Notes: a model not told the origin generated them from the letters alone. A DNA stretch of 54,440 nt from an uncultured Eubacteriales bacterium (GCA_900551345.1 URVP01000001.1:1-54440), one strand, 5' to 3'; numbered from the stretch's first letter, positions 10,385 through 20,647 are shown. Made by a program: numbers and translations.

Positions 10385-11650
10385 TTATTTTATATATTCC
10401 TTACCCATATATTTTACAAGGGCGTCGGGGACTTTGATTGAACCGTCTGCTTGCTGATAGTTTTCAAGAATTGCAGCGGTGGTTCTGCCGATTGCTACGC
10501 CTGAGCCGTTGAGAGTATGAACAAATTCAGCTTTGTCCTTTATACTTCTTTTGAATTTAATTCCGGCTCTTCTTGCCTGATAGTCTTCAAAATTACTGCA
10601 TGAAGAGATTTCTACATATCTGCCGTAGCTGGGCATCCATACTTCAATGTCATATGTCTTTGCTGAAGAAAAGCCCATATCGCCTGTTGAAAGGACTACT
10701 ACACGGTAGGGTAGACCAAGTCCCTGAAGTACTCTTTCTGCATCATTTGTGAGTTTTTCAAGTTCATCATAGGAAGTTTCCGGTGTTGTAAATTTAACAA
10801 GCTCTACCTTGTTAAATTGATGCTGACGGATAAGACCTCTTGTATCTCTTCCGGCTGAGCCTGCCTCTGCTCTGAAACAAGCAGAATATGCACAGTGCTT
10901 AATGGGAAGGTCTGACACATCAAGTATCTGGTCACGGTACATATTTGTAACGGGAACTTCAGCGGTAGGAATAAGGAAATAATCTGTACCTGCTACCTTA
11001 AAAGCGTCCTCTTCAAATTTGGGAAGCTGACCTGTTCCTACCATACTGTTTCTGTGTACCATAAAGGGAGGAAATACTTCTTGGTATCCGTTTTGTGTAT
11101 GAGTATCCAAATAGTAGTTTACTATAGCCCTTTCAAGAGCTGCACCGGCTTTTTTATAAAAAGTGAATCTTGTGCCGGTAACCTTAGCTCCCTTTTCAAA
11201 GTCAAGTATGTCAAGCTGTTCCCCCAAATCCCAATGAGCTTTAGGTTCAAAATCGAACTTTCTGGGTTCACTCCAACGGCGCACTTCTACATTTTGTTCG
11301 TCCGATTCTCCCACAGGTACGCTTTCATGAGGGATATTGGGTACGGTAAGAATAAAATTACGAATTTCTTCGTCAAGACTGCGTATTTCTTCATCAAGCA
11401 CCTTAATTTGACCTGAGATTTCTTTCATCTCTTCAAAAAGTGCTGTTGTATCTTTTCCCTCTTTTTTCATGGCAGGAACTTGTTTTGATACAGCGTTCTG
11501 TTTAGCCTTTAATTGTTCGCTTTGAAACATAAGGGCTCTCTTTTTTTCGTCAAGCTCTTTAAAACCGTCAAGGGTAATATCGGAATTTCTGTTTTTAAGA
11601 GCCGTCATTATTTTTTCGGGTTCGTTTCTGAAAAGTTTTACATCTAACAT
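10385..11650 (-). CDS. serS: seryl-tRNA synthetase
   Basis: 421 aa. N-terminal coiled-coil arm and class II core (..[21 protein letters not shown].., ..[12 protein letters not shown]..). Confidence 0.95.
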   Translation of the reverse strand: MLDVKLFRNEPEKIMTALKNRNSDITLDGFKELDEKKRALMFQSEQLKAKQNAVSKQVPAMKKEGKDTTALFEEMKEISGQIKVLDEEIRSLDEEIRNFILTVPNIPHESVPVGESDEQNVEVRRWSEPRKFDFEPKAHWDLGEQLDILDFEKGAKVTGTRFTFYKKAGAALERAIVNYYLDTHTQNGYQEVFPPFMVHRNSMVGTGQLPKFEEDAFKVAGTDYFLIPTAEVPVTNMYRDQILDVSDLPIKHCAYSACFRAEAGSAGRDTRGLIRQHQFNKVELVKFTTPETSYDELEKLTNDAERVLQGLGLPYRVVVLSTGDMGFSSAKTYDIEVWMPSYGRYVEISSCSNFEDYQARRAGIKFKRSIKDKAEFVHTLNGSGVAIGRTTAAILENYQQADGSIKVPDALVKYMGKEYIK

Positions 11651-11807
11651 TTGTACATCGACCTTTCCTTATCTATATATCGTATATAATGTTTAAATAT
11701 TTCTAAAAAATGCAACACCATTGCTAAAAGTTAAAATTTTTAGATTTAAGCGGTTTTTTCTATATAACATAAATTTATATTACCCATAGCCTAAAATGCT
11801 GTTATAT

Positions 11808-12704
11808 CTAAATACCTATTCCCAAAAAATTCAGAATTTTTTCCAAATCTTCATTTGTGTAGTAGTCTATTTCGATTTTATTCTTTTTTGTCCCTTCAGA
11901 TAGAGTTACTTTATATCCGAGTTTTTTCGAAAGTCTGGATTCTATATCTGCAATATAAATATCTTTCTCCTTTTTTGGTGCTTTTTCTTTTCGACCGCTG
12001 TTAAAGTTTTTGACCAACAGCTCGGTATCTCTTACATTTAAATCGTGCTTTATGATTTCATTTGCTATTGCAATTTGTCCTTGTTTATCAGAAATCACCA
12101 CAAGGCATCTTGCATGACCGCTTGTTATTTTTCCGCTGCGGACAAGTTCTCTGACCTCTTCACACAGATTAAGAAGACGAAGGGAATTGGCTATTGCCGG
12201 ACGGCTCTTGCCTATCCTTACGCTTATTTGTTCTTGTGTCAGCGAAAATTTATCCATCAAATCTCTGTAACCGATGGCTTCTTCGATGGGATTCAGGTCT
12301 TCTCTTTGCAAATTCTCGATAAGAGCAATCTCCATAACGGTTTGCTCATCATAATCATTAATTATTGCAGGAATCGTTTTTAATCCTGCAAGCCTTGCCG
12401 CTCTCCATCTGCGTTCTCCTGCAACTATCGTATATCTGTTATCCTTTATTTTTTTTACAACAATAGGTTGAATAACGCCGTATTCAGAAATTGAATCAGA
12501 AAGTGCTTTAAGCTGTTCCTCATCAAAATCCTTTCTCGGCTGTCCCTTATTTGGCTCTATAGCTGTGATTTTCAGTTCGGTAATATTTTTTTCGTTGTTT
12601 GGAATATTATCTTTATTGATAATTTCAGCAGATGGTTGTTCCTCTTTAAAATCCGGAATTAATGCTCCAATACCTTTACCGAGACCTTTTTTCTTTACGG
12701 CCAA
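11808..12704 (-). CDS. parB: chromosome partitioning protein ParB/Spo0J
   Basis: 298 aa. ParB box GERRWRAA and an HTH region. Immediately downstream of parA. Confidence 0.92.
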   Translation of the reverse strand: MAVKKKGLGKGIGALIPDFKEEQPSAEIINKDNIPNNEKNITELKITAIEPNKGQPRKDFDEEQLKALSDSISEYGVIQPIVVKKIKDNRYTIVAGERRWRAARLAGLKTIPAIINDYDEQTVMEIALIENLQREDLNPIEEAIGYRDLMDKFSLTQEQISVRIGKSRPAIANSLRLLNLCEEVRELVRSGKITSGHARCLVVISDKQGQIAIANEIIKHDLNVRDTELLVKNFNSGRKEKAPKKEKDIYIADIESRLSKKLGYKVTLSEGTKKNKIEIDYYTNEDLEKILNFLGIGI

Positions 12705-12715
12705 AGCTTATCGCC

Positions 12716-13486
12716 TCACTTTCCTTCATTTTTCTTTATAACTTCCTTTGCAAGATGCATATAACACTCTGCACCTTTACTTGTAATGTCATATTTAATT
12801 ATTGGAAGCCCGTAACTGGGTGCTTCAGACAGCCTTACATTTCTTGGTATTATAGTTTTGTAAACCAGTTTTGGAAAGTATTTTTTTACTTCTTCCGCAA
12901 CTTGCAGTGACAAATTTGTTCTCGAGTCATACATTGTCAGCAAGACTCCTTCAAAATCGATCTGCGGATTCATTGATTTTTTTATTCCTCTTATTGTTTC
13001 CGTCAGAAATGCCAAACCTTCAAGTGCGTAGTATTCACACTGAATGGGGACAAGAACGGTGTTGCAGCATACAAAAGTGTTTATTGTAAGCAGATTAAGA
13101 GAAGGCGGGCAATCAATTATTATATAATCATAGTCGTTTTCTATGGTTTTAACCGCCTCTTTAAGTATATATTCTCTGTTTTCAGATGAAACAAGCTCAA
13201 TTTCTGCTCCTGTCAAATCTCTTGATGAAGGAACTACTGTCAACCTCTCGCATGCACTTTTACATAATGTGTTTTTTATATCAGCTTGTCCGACCAAAAC
13301 ATCGTATATTGTGTTCTGTATTGAACTTTCATCTACACCTGCTCCGCTTGTGGCATTACCTTGGGGATCCAGGTCTATTAAAAGCACTTTTTTCTTTTTT
13401 GCTGCGAGGCAGGCACTCAAATTCACTGCTGTGGTGGTTTTACCTACCCCTCCTTTTTGGTTTGCTACAGCTATTATTTTTGCCAT
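12716..13486 (-). CDS. soj: chromosome partitioning ATPase ParA/Soj
   Basis: Deviant Walker A KGGVGKTT. The ATG at 13486 is about 10 nt after GAAGGGAA; the track start at 13492 is a TTG. Confidence 0.92.
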   Translation of the reverse strand: MAKIIAVANQKGGVGKTTTAVNLSACLAAKKKKVLLIDLDPQGNATSGAGVDESSIQNTIYDVLVGQADIKNTLCKSACERLTVVPSSRDLTGAEIELVSSENREYILKEAVKTIENDYDYIIIDCPPSLNLLTINTFVCCNTVLVPIQCEYYALEGLAFLTETIRGIKKSMNPQIDFEGVLLTMYDSRTNLSLQVAEEVKKYFPKLVYKTIIPRNVRLSEAPSYGLPIIKYDITSKGAECYMHLAKEVIKKNEGK

Positions 13487-13512
13487 TTGCAAATCATTCC
13501 CTTCATTATCCG

Positions 13513-13541
13513 ATTATAGCACACTATTATGGTATTTTCAA
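13513..13541 (-). promoter_or_regulatory. sigma-A type promoter for parA-parB
   Basis: The minus strand reads TTGAAA-17 nt-TATAAT. Confidence 0.6.
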
Positions 13542-13556
13542 TACTGCTAATAAAAA

Positions 13557-13572
13557 TGTTTCACATGAAACA
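13557..13572. other. parS: parS-like centromere site
   Basis: TGTTTCACATGAAACA matches the Firmicute parS consensus TGTTNCACGTGAAACA at 15/16 (central CG is CA). Lies 16 bp upstream of the parA -35. Confidence 0.7.
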
Positions 13573-13574
13573 AT

Positions 13575-13608
13575 AAAAAACAGCATACGGTAAGAGTACC
13601 GTATGCTG
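13575..13608 (-). terminator. rho-independent terminator of the deacetylase/SLH operon
   Basis: Perfect 12-bp stem CAGCATACGGTA/TACCGTATGCTG with loop AGAG, followed by U6 on the minus strand. Confidence 0.85.
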
Positions 13609-13630
13609 TAAGTAAGAACTTTGTTATATT

Positions 13631-13646
13631 TGTTTCACATGAAACA
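13631..13646. other. parS: parS-like centromere site, second identical copy
   Basis: Identical 16-mer TGTTTCACATGAAACA in the same orientation, 74 bp from the first copy. Confidence 0.7.
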
Positions 13647-13656
13647 TTAAAAAATG

Positions 13657-14466
13657 TTATTTATTTAACTCGGCCAATTCCTTTTCAGTTTCTGTTTCTA
13701 TATAATGAATTAAATTCTCGCTGGTATATGTTCCGTAAATTGTCAGTCTTTTTAATGCAGTGATAGGAGTATATTTTGTGTTAACTCCAACGTCACCTAC
13801 AATACAGCTTAACTCATATCCTGCTTCAAGTGCCTGTTGCTGGTTTTCCTCAGTGCATAAGCCGTAAGGGAAAGCAAGCAAAGTACAATTATAGTTTAAA
13901 TTTGTATCTATTAAATATTTTGATAGCCTCAAATCTAAATTAACCTTGTCATAATTAAGTAAGGACATATTATCGTGACTGTATGTGTGTGATCCTATCT
14001 CTATAAGACCGCTTTCTCTCATTTCTCTTGCCTGTGCCCACGTAAAGTGAGAATAATTAACTTCAGGATACTGTACACCCACTGTAGAAGCAACTATAAA
14101 AATAGTAGCCTTCATATTGTACTTTTTTAAAATAGGGTATGCTTTTGTGTAGTTCGAAAGGTATCCATCATCAAATGCTATAATGATGGGCTTTTTAGGG
14201 AGAGAAGCTCCGTTGTATTTAAAATTAATATAATCCTGAAATGTTATTGTTGTATAACCATTTTTTAAAAGGGTCTGCATATGCTCTTCAAAAAGAGCCG
14301 ATGTTATGGCAAGATTACTGATTTCGTCCGGGAAATTTTCTTCAATAACATGGTAAAGAATAATTGGGACCGTAGTCTGATCTTTTTGTTCACCCTCGGC
14401 TGCTGCATGTATACAAGAAAAAAGCAGTGTAAAACATATCAAAATTCCTGTTATTTTTTTTATCAT
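13657..14466 (-). CDS. polysaccharide deacetylase (NodB domain), secreted
   Basis: 269 aa with a signal peptide. FDDGY.. and ..HTYSH.. NodB motifs. Confidence 0.85.
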   Translation of the reverse strand: MIKKITGILICFTLLFSCIHAAAEGEQKDQTTVPIILYHVIEENFPDEISNLAITSALFEEHMQTLLKNGYTTITFQDYINFKYNGASLPKKPIIIAFDDGYLSNYTKAYPILKKYNMKATIFIVASTVGVQYPEVNYSHFTWAQAREMRESGLIEIGSHTYSHDNMSLLNYDKVNLDLRLSKYLIDTNLNYNCTLLAFPYGLCTEENQQQALEAGYELSCIVGDVGVNTKYTPITALKRLTIYGTYTSENLIHYIETETEKELAELNK

Positions 14467-15209
14467 TCTTGATCCTCCGCATTTATTGTGTTTTCGCCGG
14501 TCGCGTCTGATGAATCAGCATTGTTTTCATCAAATAAATTTTTTTCATTTTCCAGTAGGGATTCTATCATTCTTGTAAGCATAACCGAAGCTTCCGCTCT
14601 TGTGGAGTTTGCTTTGGGACAAAGCGTTCCATCCGGATTTCCTGTGATGATGCCATGTGATGACATATAATCTACCGAATCTTTGTATTCAGGATTTATT
14701 TCATCTGCATCTGAATACACAAGTGTTTCTCCACTTTGGATTAACGAAATATCGGCATAATCCAATGCTTTTTTTGAAATGTCGAACATCTCTTCTCTGG
14801 TTATATATGATTCAGCGTTGAAACAGTTATCCTTATCAGCCTTTGCAATGCCCTTTTCAATCGCCGCAGATACATATGTATAATACCAGTCATCTTTATT
14901 ATTGTCTTTTAAGTTTACCGAAGCTTCGGCATCATAAAGACCAAATGCACAAATGATTATTTTTACAAATTCAGCTTTTGTTATGTTAGTGTCAGGACGG
15001 AAAGTTCCGTCATCGAAACCGTTAACAATACCCATTGCTGTTAAAAACTCTACTGACGGAGCAGCCCAGGTTACATTGGACATATCCGTAAATGTGCAAG
15101 GAGCATTCATATTTGAAACATAGCTGTCAATTAAGGTTGCTTGCGTATCTGCATGTGCAGTAACAAAGAGTGTTGACGCTGCAAGTAATACTGCAATATG
15201 TTTTTTCAT
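14463..15209 (-). CDS. SLH-domain protein (three SLH modules)
   Basis: 248 aa with a signal peptide and three SLH-like repeats (..GIVNGFDDGTFRPDTNITKAEF.., ..GIITGNPDGTLCPKANSTRAEA..). ATGA overlap with the next gene. Confidence 0.8.
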   Translation of the reverse strand: MKKHIAVLLAASTLFVTAHADTQATLIDSYVSNMNAPCTFTDMSNVTWAAPSVEFLTAMGIVNGFDDGTFRPDTNITKAEFVKIIICAFGLYDAEASVNLKDNNKDDWYYTYVSAAIEKGIAKADKDNCFNAESYITREEMFDISKKALDYADISLIQSGETLVYSDADEINPEYKDSVDYMSSHGIITGNPDGTLCPKANSTRAEASVMLTRMIESLLENEKNLFDENNADSSDATGENTINAEDQE

Positions 15210-15224
15210 GTTCTTCTCCTGTTA

Positions 15225-15770
15225 TCAGTTTAATTCGACCGGTGCATCTGATACTCCGGTATTTGGCTCTTCTTCGGTTACCATTCCTTCATGAGCAGAT
15301 TCATTTTGAGTACTGTTATCCGTCTGATGGCTCTCTTCTACTGTATTCTGATTACTGTTTTGTGTTGATGAGGATGAACTGCTGCTGTGTGAGGAGGATG
15401 AGCCGCTTGTGGTTGTTTTATTTGAACCGGATGAGCTGCTACTTGAAGAAGACTGCCCGCCACCCGGTGTTATTTTGCCACCCGTATATGTATCGGGAAC
15501 ATCATTATTGCTAAAATCTTCGTTATTTTCGTATACTTCCAGGCGTTCTTCCAGCTCTTTTATCTGCTCTTTTAACTCTTTGTTTTCTTCTTCTGAATTT
15601 TGACCGTTGGGTAATGTGATATCATGATTCATTAGCATATAGGTAAGAGAAAAAGAAATTATAAATAAAAATAAAGTACCGCAAATGATACCGAAAACGG
15701 TTTTAGGCGAAACTCTTGCCTTCCTTTTCTTTTTTGCTGTTTCTTCACTTGTAACATTATAATCCTTCAT
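15225..15770 (-). CDS. hypothetical single-pass membrane protein with a coiled-coil and Ser-rich tail
   Basis: 181 aa. One TM helix, EENKELKEQIKELEERL, and poly-Ser tracts. No family recognised. Confidence 0.55.
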   Translation of the reverse strand: MKDYNVTSEETAKKKRKARVSPKTVFGIICGTLFLFIISFSLTYMLMNHDITLPNGQNSEEENKELKEQIKELEERLEVYENNEDFSNNDVPDTYTGGKITPGGGQSSSSSSSSGSNKTTTSGSSSSHSSSSSSSTQNSNQNTVEESHQTDNSTQNESAHEGMVTEEEPNTGVSDAPVELN

Positions 15771-15953
15771 TTATAAATAACCTCCGATATTATGACATTA
15801 ATTATGTTATTATATAAAATCAGTATAACACAAAATTTTGTTATATACAACCGTTTGCGTGGGTTTGTCATACATATTTATTATACGACATTCTGTGTCA
15901 AGTTTCAACTGAAAAAAATAGGATATGGTGTAAGAATTTTTGTTACGATTATG

Positions 15954-15983
15954 TTACCGCGGGTAATGGTTTAATGGTATAAT
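15954..15983 (+). promoter_or_regulatory. candidate extended -10 promoter for the noc-like gene
   Basis: TGGTATAAT with a weak -35 (TTACCG). The -35 lies in the inverted repeat TTACC-GCG-GGTAA. Confidence 0.35.
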
Positions 15984-16075
15984 ATTTATAGTCAATCAAT
16001 ACATTATTGCACATAATTAATGATATACACATTTTTAATAATTTATACATTTTTATTGCAAAGGAGAAATGTAAA

Positions 16076-16876
16076 ATGATTACTTTGTTTAAAGCAGAAA
16101 AAAAAGATAAAATTTTAGAAATTCCCGTTGAATTAATTCGGCCTAATCCCCATCAGCCCAGAAGAAATTTCAGCAACGAAACATTGGTTGAGCTGTCTAA
16201 TTCTATTTCACGCTACGGCCTTATACAACCTATAACTCTTAGGCGGGTATATGACGGTTATGAACTTATAGCCGGGGAAAGGCGACTCAGAGCATGCCGT
16301 ATGCTTGGAATGAGAACTGTGCGAAGCATTGTAATAGAGGCAACAAGCTGTGACAGTGCAGCTCTTGCTTTAATTGAAAATTTGCAGCGAGAAAATCTTG
16401 ACTATCTGGATGAAGCGGATGCATATTCCAATCTTCTTGCTGATTTCGGTATCACTCAGGAAGAACTCGCTTCCAGAGTAGGAAAAACTCAGGCTACCAT
16501 TGCGAATAAAATCCGTATTTTGCGTCTTGAACCGTCAGTGAAAAAAATTCTTAGAGAACATGACCTTACGGAGCGTCATGCAAGAGCTCTTCTTAAACTG
16601 AACAGTGAAGAAGATCGATTAAAAGCATTATCTAAAATATGTTCATCGGGACTCAATGTAAAACAGACAGAAGATTACATAAATGCCATGCTTGAGCCTA
16701 AAGAAGAAAAAAACCCCGAAAACCCGCAGCCAAAGCGGATTTTCAAGGATTTAAGAGTTTTTTCTAATACTATACATCGTGCTGTTGACCTGATGAAACA
16801 ATCAGGTATTCGTGCTAACTGCGAAAAGGTAGACGGCGATGATTATATTGAATATATTGTAAGAATTGCTAAATAA
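16076..16876 (+). CDS. noc: ParB-family nucleoid occlusion-like protein
   Basis: ParB box GERRLRAC and an HTH. The ATG at 16076 is 9 nt after AAGGAG; the track start at 16007 is an upstream extension. Confidence 0.8.
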   Translation: MITLFKAEKKDKILEIPVELIRPNPHQPRRNFSNETLVELSNSISRYGLIQPITLRRVYDGYELIAGERRLRACRMLGMRTVRSIVIEATSCDSAALALIENLQRENLDYLDEADAYSNLLADFGITQEELASRVGKTQATIANKIRILRLEPSVKKILREHDLTERHARALLKLNSEEDRLKALSKICSSGLNVKQTEDYINAMLEPKEEKNPENPQPKRIFKDLRVFSNTIHRAVDLMKQSGIRANCEKVDGDDYIEYIVRIAK

Positions 16877-16894
16877 GAGTATAAGCAATAATAA

Positions 16895-18142
16895 TTATCG
16901 AATCTGACCGTCTCCGAAAATTATATATTTAACGGTTGTTAGCTCTTTAAGCCCCATAGGTCCTCTTGCGTGCATTTTCTGGGTGCTTATGCCTATCTCT
17001 GCACCGAAACCGAATTCAAAACCGTCTGTAAATCTGGTTGATGCATTAACATATACGGCTGCCGAATCTATTTCTCGATGAAAACGCATGGCATTTTCAT
17101 GATTGTTAGTAATTATTGCCTCTGAATGTTTGGTGCTGTGAGCATTAATGTGCTTTATTGCCTCGTCTATTCCGCTGACAACTTTTACACCGATGATATA
17201 GTCAAGATATTCTCTGTCCCAATCTTCATCAGTTGCAGGGACACCGGTTTTTACAATTTCCAGGGCTTCCTTGTCACAGTGTAAAGTTACATTTTTTTCC
17301 TCAAGAGCTTTTGCGATAGGGGGCAAAAATTCTTTTGCTATTGCTTTGTCAATAAGGAGTTTTTCTGCCGCATTACATACAGACGGTCTGCTAGTTTTGG
17401 CGTTTACTATAATTTTTATTGCCATATCAAGATCTGCCGAATCGTTAACATATATATGACAGTTGCCCACACCCGTTTCTATAACCGGAACGGTTGCATT
17501 TTGTGTTACTGCACGGATAAGACCGGCACCGCCCCGTGGAATAAGCAGGTCAAGATATTCTTTAAGCTGCATAAGCTCAGTAGCAGTTTCTCTTGAGGTA
17601 TCCTCTACAAGCTGTATACAGCCTGTAGGAAGATCACAGCTTGCAAGTGCTTCTTGCATGATTGAAACCAGAATTTTATTTGAGTTTATTGCTTCGGAGC
17701 CTCCTCTTAAAATAACGGCGTTACCCGATTTAAGGCAGAGTGCAGCAGCATCTACCGTTACATTGGGACGTGCTTCAAAAATTATGCCGATAACGCCGAT
17801 AGGAACTCTTGTTTTGCCGATAAGAAGTCCGTTAGGTCTTTTTGTCATGCCCATAACTTCTCCCACCGGATCGTCAAGTGAAACAATCTGGCGTATTCCT
17901 TCGGATATTGAGCGAATGGTTTCGGTTGTCAGAGAAAGTCTGTTTAACATAACCTCGGAAATACCTTTTTTACGAGCATTTTCAACATCAAGCTTATTTT
18001 CTGCAATGATTTTTTCGGCGTTTATGATAAGCAATTCAGCCATTTTTTCCAGTGCAATGTTTTTCTTTTCAGCCGAAAGAGAAGCCAGTATGTAAGAAGC
18101 CTGCTTCGCTGCATATCCTTTTTGATTTAATTCTTTATTCAT
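16895..18142 (-). CDS. proA: gamma-glutamyl phosphate reductase
   Basis: About 415 aa, aldehyde dehydrogenase fold, with the catalytic Cys context SRPSVCNAAEKLL. The ATG at 18142 is 8 nt after AAGGA. Confidence 0.93.
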   Translation of the reverse strand: MNKELNQKGYAAKQASYILASLSAEKKNIALEKMAELLIINAEKIIAENKLDVENARKKGISEVMLNRLSLTTETIRSISEGIRQIVSLDDPVGEVMGMTKRPNGLLIGKTRVPIGVIGIIFEARPNVTVDAAALCLKSGNAVILRGGSEAINSNKILVSIMQEALASCDLPTGCIQLVEDTSRETATELMQLKEYLDLLIPRGGAGLIRAVTQNATVPVIETGVGNCHIYVNDSADLDMAIKIIVNAKTSRPSVCNAAEKLLIDKAIAKEFLPPIAKALEEKNVTLHCDKEALEIVKTGVPATDEDWDREYLDYIIGVKVVSGIDEAIKHINAHSTKHSEAIITNNHENAMRFHREIDSAAVYVNASTRFTDGFEFGFGAEIGISTQKMHARGPMGLKELTTVKYIIFGDGQIR

Positions 18143-18157
18143 ATAAATCATCCTTTA

Positions 18158-18937
18158 TTATTGTTTTTTGAACAATGTACCCGGCTGCTTCCCATCGAAA
18201 ATATCATATAAAATTTCAGGATTTGCGCCGTTTAATATGATCATGTCACATGTTTGCGTTGCAATTTCCGCAGCCATTACCTTTGTTCGCATTCCTCCAG
18301 TGCCTAAAGCAGATCCTTTGCTGCCTGCCATATCTCGGATAGAGTCGTCAATTTTATCAACAACAGAAATAAGTTTAGCGTCAGGATGCTGTTGGGGATT
18401 TTTATTATACAAACCGTCCGTATCGGTCATTATAACAAGCAAGTCTGCGTTGCAAAGAGTTGCAACATATGCTGATAGAGTATCATTGTCGCCGAATTCC
18501 AGCTCATAGGTGGATATGGCGTCATTTTCGTTTATAATAGGAATAATGCCGTGTTCAAGAAGGACATCTAATGTGTTAAGAGTATTGTTGCGCATATCTT
18601 CCATATCAAGAACAATTTTGGTGAGAAGAAGCTGGGCGACATTTTTTCCGTATTGTGAAAAGTAAGTTTTATATATGTTCATCAGTTCGCTTTGCCCAAT
18701 TGCTGCGGCTGCCTGTCTTTCCTTCATGTTTGTGGGTCGGGTTTTAAACGCCAGCTTAGGAGTGCCTATACCTACGGCTCCGCTGGATACAAGAATAATT
18801 TCTTTGCCCATGTTGTGCAGATCTGCCAGCACATTTACAAGGGCAGATACTTTTCGTAAATTCAGCATACCGGTTGAATGTGTAAGCGTTGATGTACCCA
18901 ACTTAACCACTATTCTATTTGCATTTTGTTCGTTCAT
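18158..18937 (-). CDS. proB: glutamate 5-kinase (short form, no PUA domain)
   Basis: 259 aa. Amino-acid kinase fold (VVKLGTS.., ..VSSGAV..GDNDTLSA). Precedes proA. Confidence 0.92.
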   Translation of the reverse strand: MNEQNANRIVVKLGTSTLTHSTGMLNLRKVSALVNVLADLHNMGKEIILVSSGAVGIGTPKLAFKTRPTNMKERQAAAAIGQSELMNIYKTYFSQYGKNVAQLLLTKIVLDMEDMRNNTLNTLDVLLEHGIIPIINENDAISTYELEFGDNDTLSAYVATLCNADLLVIMTDTDGLYNKNPQQHPDAKLISVVDKIDDSIRDMAGSKGSALGTGGMRTKVMAAEIATQTCDMIILNGANPEILYDIFDGKQPGTLFKKQ

Positions 18938-18998
18938 TGTATCAAAAACTCCTGTTTCAGAAAATTATAGCTTATTTTATCACAATCTAAAAGAATAA

Positions 18999-20576
18999 TC
19001 AATACAATGAGGATATTTGCTCTGCAATTTCTTTAAAAACAGGTCCTGCTGAATTACCCCCGGATTGTCCGTTTTCGCATAAAACCGTACATATATATTT
19101 TGGATCTTCAGCCGGGAAAAAACCTGTAAACCATCCATGAGTCATGGTCTTACCGTTATCCTGCCATCCCGTTTCCGCACTGCCTGTTTTTCCGGCAATT
19201 GATACTTTGCTGCTTTTAGCCGGAGTTCCGGTTCCCTCTTGTACGGTTGTTTTCATAAGACGGCGTAGAATGAGTGCTGTTCTGGAAGAAAAAACCCTTT
19301 GAGTAGGCTCTCTCTTTGATTCTGTAAAAGTTTTTCCGTCCGATTGAATCTTTCCGTCTATTATGGTAAGGGGTGTTTTAATACCCCCATTTGCTATAAT
19401 TTGAGTAATTTGTGCCATTTGTAAGGGCGTTCCTGTCATATCGCCCTGTCCTATGGATAAGTTCGCAAGTGCCGGAGCGGAATCTGCGTTTTGCGGCAGT
19501 GTGCCTTTTGCTTCGTCTAGTGCCAAGTCGATAATGTTTTTTCCTAAGCCGCATTTTACGGCATATTCTCTTATAATGTCCCATCCCGACTTTTGACCCA
19601 GTTCATAAAAAGGAATATTACACGACTGTGCAAAAGCCTGTTCAAAGGTTATTTCGCCGTGTCCGTCTTTTTTATGACAGTAAAAATCAACATCGCCGAT
19701 TTTAACTGTTCCGGTGCAGTTAAATTTATCGTTAAGACTTATCAAACCTTCTTCCAAGGCGGCTCCTGTTACAATGAGCTTAAATACCGACCCCATATCA
19801 TATGCACAAATTGCCCTGTTAAGAAGCTCGCTGCCTCCTTTGTCAAAATATGATGCGGGATTGTCCTGCGAATAAGCCGGGCGGCTTGCCATTGCAAGAA
19901 TATCTCCGCTCTGTACATCTGTAATTACAACTGCTCCCTTTGGACATAATTCATCCATAACCTGTTCGCATATCTTTTGTATATGCATATCTACTGTCAG
20001 TTTAACACCGCTCAGGTCGTTTTCAGCCGGACTGTAATATCCTTGCGTCCAAAGTGGGTGGTCATTAGCTGCGGTTATGGTATATACGGTTTGATTTTCA
20101 TCTGTAATAAGAGAGTTGTCGAGAGCTTTTTCAAGTCCGCTCCCGTTAGTACTGCCTCCGTATCCTATAAGGTGGCAAAAAAGATTGCTTTCAGAATATC
20201 TTACGGGCATAGTCATAGCGGATACGCCTTCACAGGATAAAAGTTCGCTTTGCACAGCTTTATCTGAGGGCATACGGATAACCTTTACGCCATTTTCAGG
20301 CAGTGTTATTCCCGTAAGCATACTTACTTTTTTTTTCTCGCTGCAATTTTCGCATATAATCACGGCATATAGTGCAGAAGTAGATTCGGTCAGCGGTATC
20401 ATATTTCGGTCATATAAAATTTTTCGTGCGGTTCTGACCGCCGTTTCGCTTGTACGCTGGTTTTGTGCAGCTTTAGATAATTCATCATGATGCAGTATGG
20501 ATATGGCGAAAACCCGTGCGGTAACCAGACTGAGCAGTAAAGCATATATAATGCATAAAACTTTTATTCTCTTCAT
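18999..20576 (-). CDS. class B penicillin-binding protein (transpeptidase)
   Basis: SxxK (SVFK), SxN (SCN) and KTG (KTGS) motifs with an N-terminal membrane anchor. The ATG at 20576 is 8 nt after GGAG. Confidence 0.88.
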   Translation of the reverse strand: MKRIKVLCIIYALLLSLVTARVFAISILHHDELSKAAQNQRTSETAVRTARKILYDRNMIPLTESTSALYAVIICENCSEKKKVSMLTGITLPENGVKVIRMPSDKAVQSELLSCEGVSAMTMPVRYSESNLFCHLIGYGGSTNGSGLEKALDNSLITDENQTVYTITAANDHPLWTQGYYSPAENDLSGVKLTVDMHIQKICEQVMDELCPKGAVVITDVQSGDILAMASRPAYSQDNPASYFDKGGSELLNRAICAYDMGSVFKLIVTGAALEEGLISLNDKFNCTGTVKIGDVDFYCHKKDGHGEITFEQAFAQSCNIPFYELGQKSGWDIIREYAVKCGLGKNIIDLALDEAKGTLPQNADSAPALANLSIGQGDMTGTPLQMAQITQIIANGGIKTPLTIIDGKIQSDGKTFTESKREPTQRVFSSRTALILRRLMKTTVQEGTGTPAKSSKVSIAGKTGSAETGWQDNGKTMTHGWFTGFFPAEDPKYICTVLCENGQSGGNSAGPVFKEIAEQISSLY

Positions 20577-20647
20577 GATAATTGCTCCAATATATCCCAT
20601 GTATTTAGAGTTATTATGTGTCTATTGAACAAAAATAAACATTACTC

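Noticed and set aside
11651-11807. Possible T-box leader upstream of serS.
   Set aside because: Only about 157 nt are available. There is no T-box sequence (GGGUGGUACCGCG-like), no specifier-loop or stem I features, and no terminator/antiterminator pair.
15792-15974. 60-aa ORF in the spacer upstream of the noc-like gene.
   Set aside because: It has no RBS, its composition is hydrophobic and AT-codon driven, and it overlaps the predicted promoter. It is most likely non-coding.
16007-16075. Upstream extensions of track ORFs: noc-like 16007, spoVAC 40526, thiD to 48176, YdcF 22985, thiC 52381 and xpt 53798.
   Set aside because: The extensions run through promoters, terminators or the preceding gene and lack an RBS. 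Internal starts with good SD spacing give family-typical lengths.
17463-18095. 210-aa + strand ORF inside proA. Similar long antisense ORFs are found at 37822-38301, 28551-29102, 4463-4951 and 22696-23169.
   Set aside because: Each lies fully antisense to a well-supported conserved gene. Their products are low-complexity Ser/Ile/Phe-rich sequences typical of shadow frames, and they lack RBS support.
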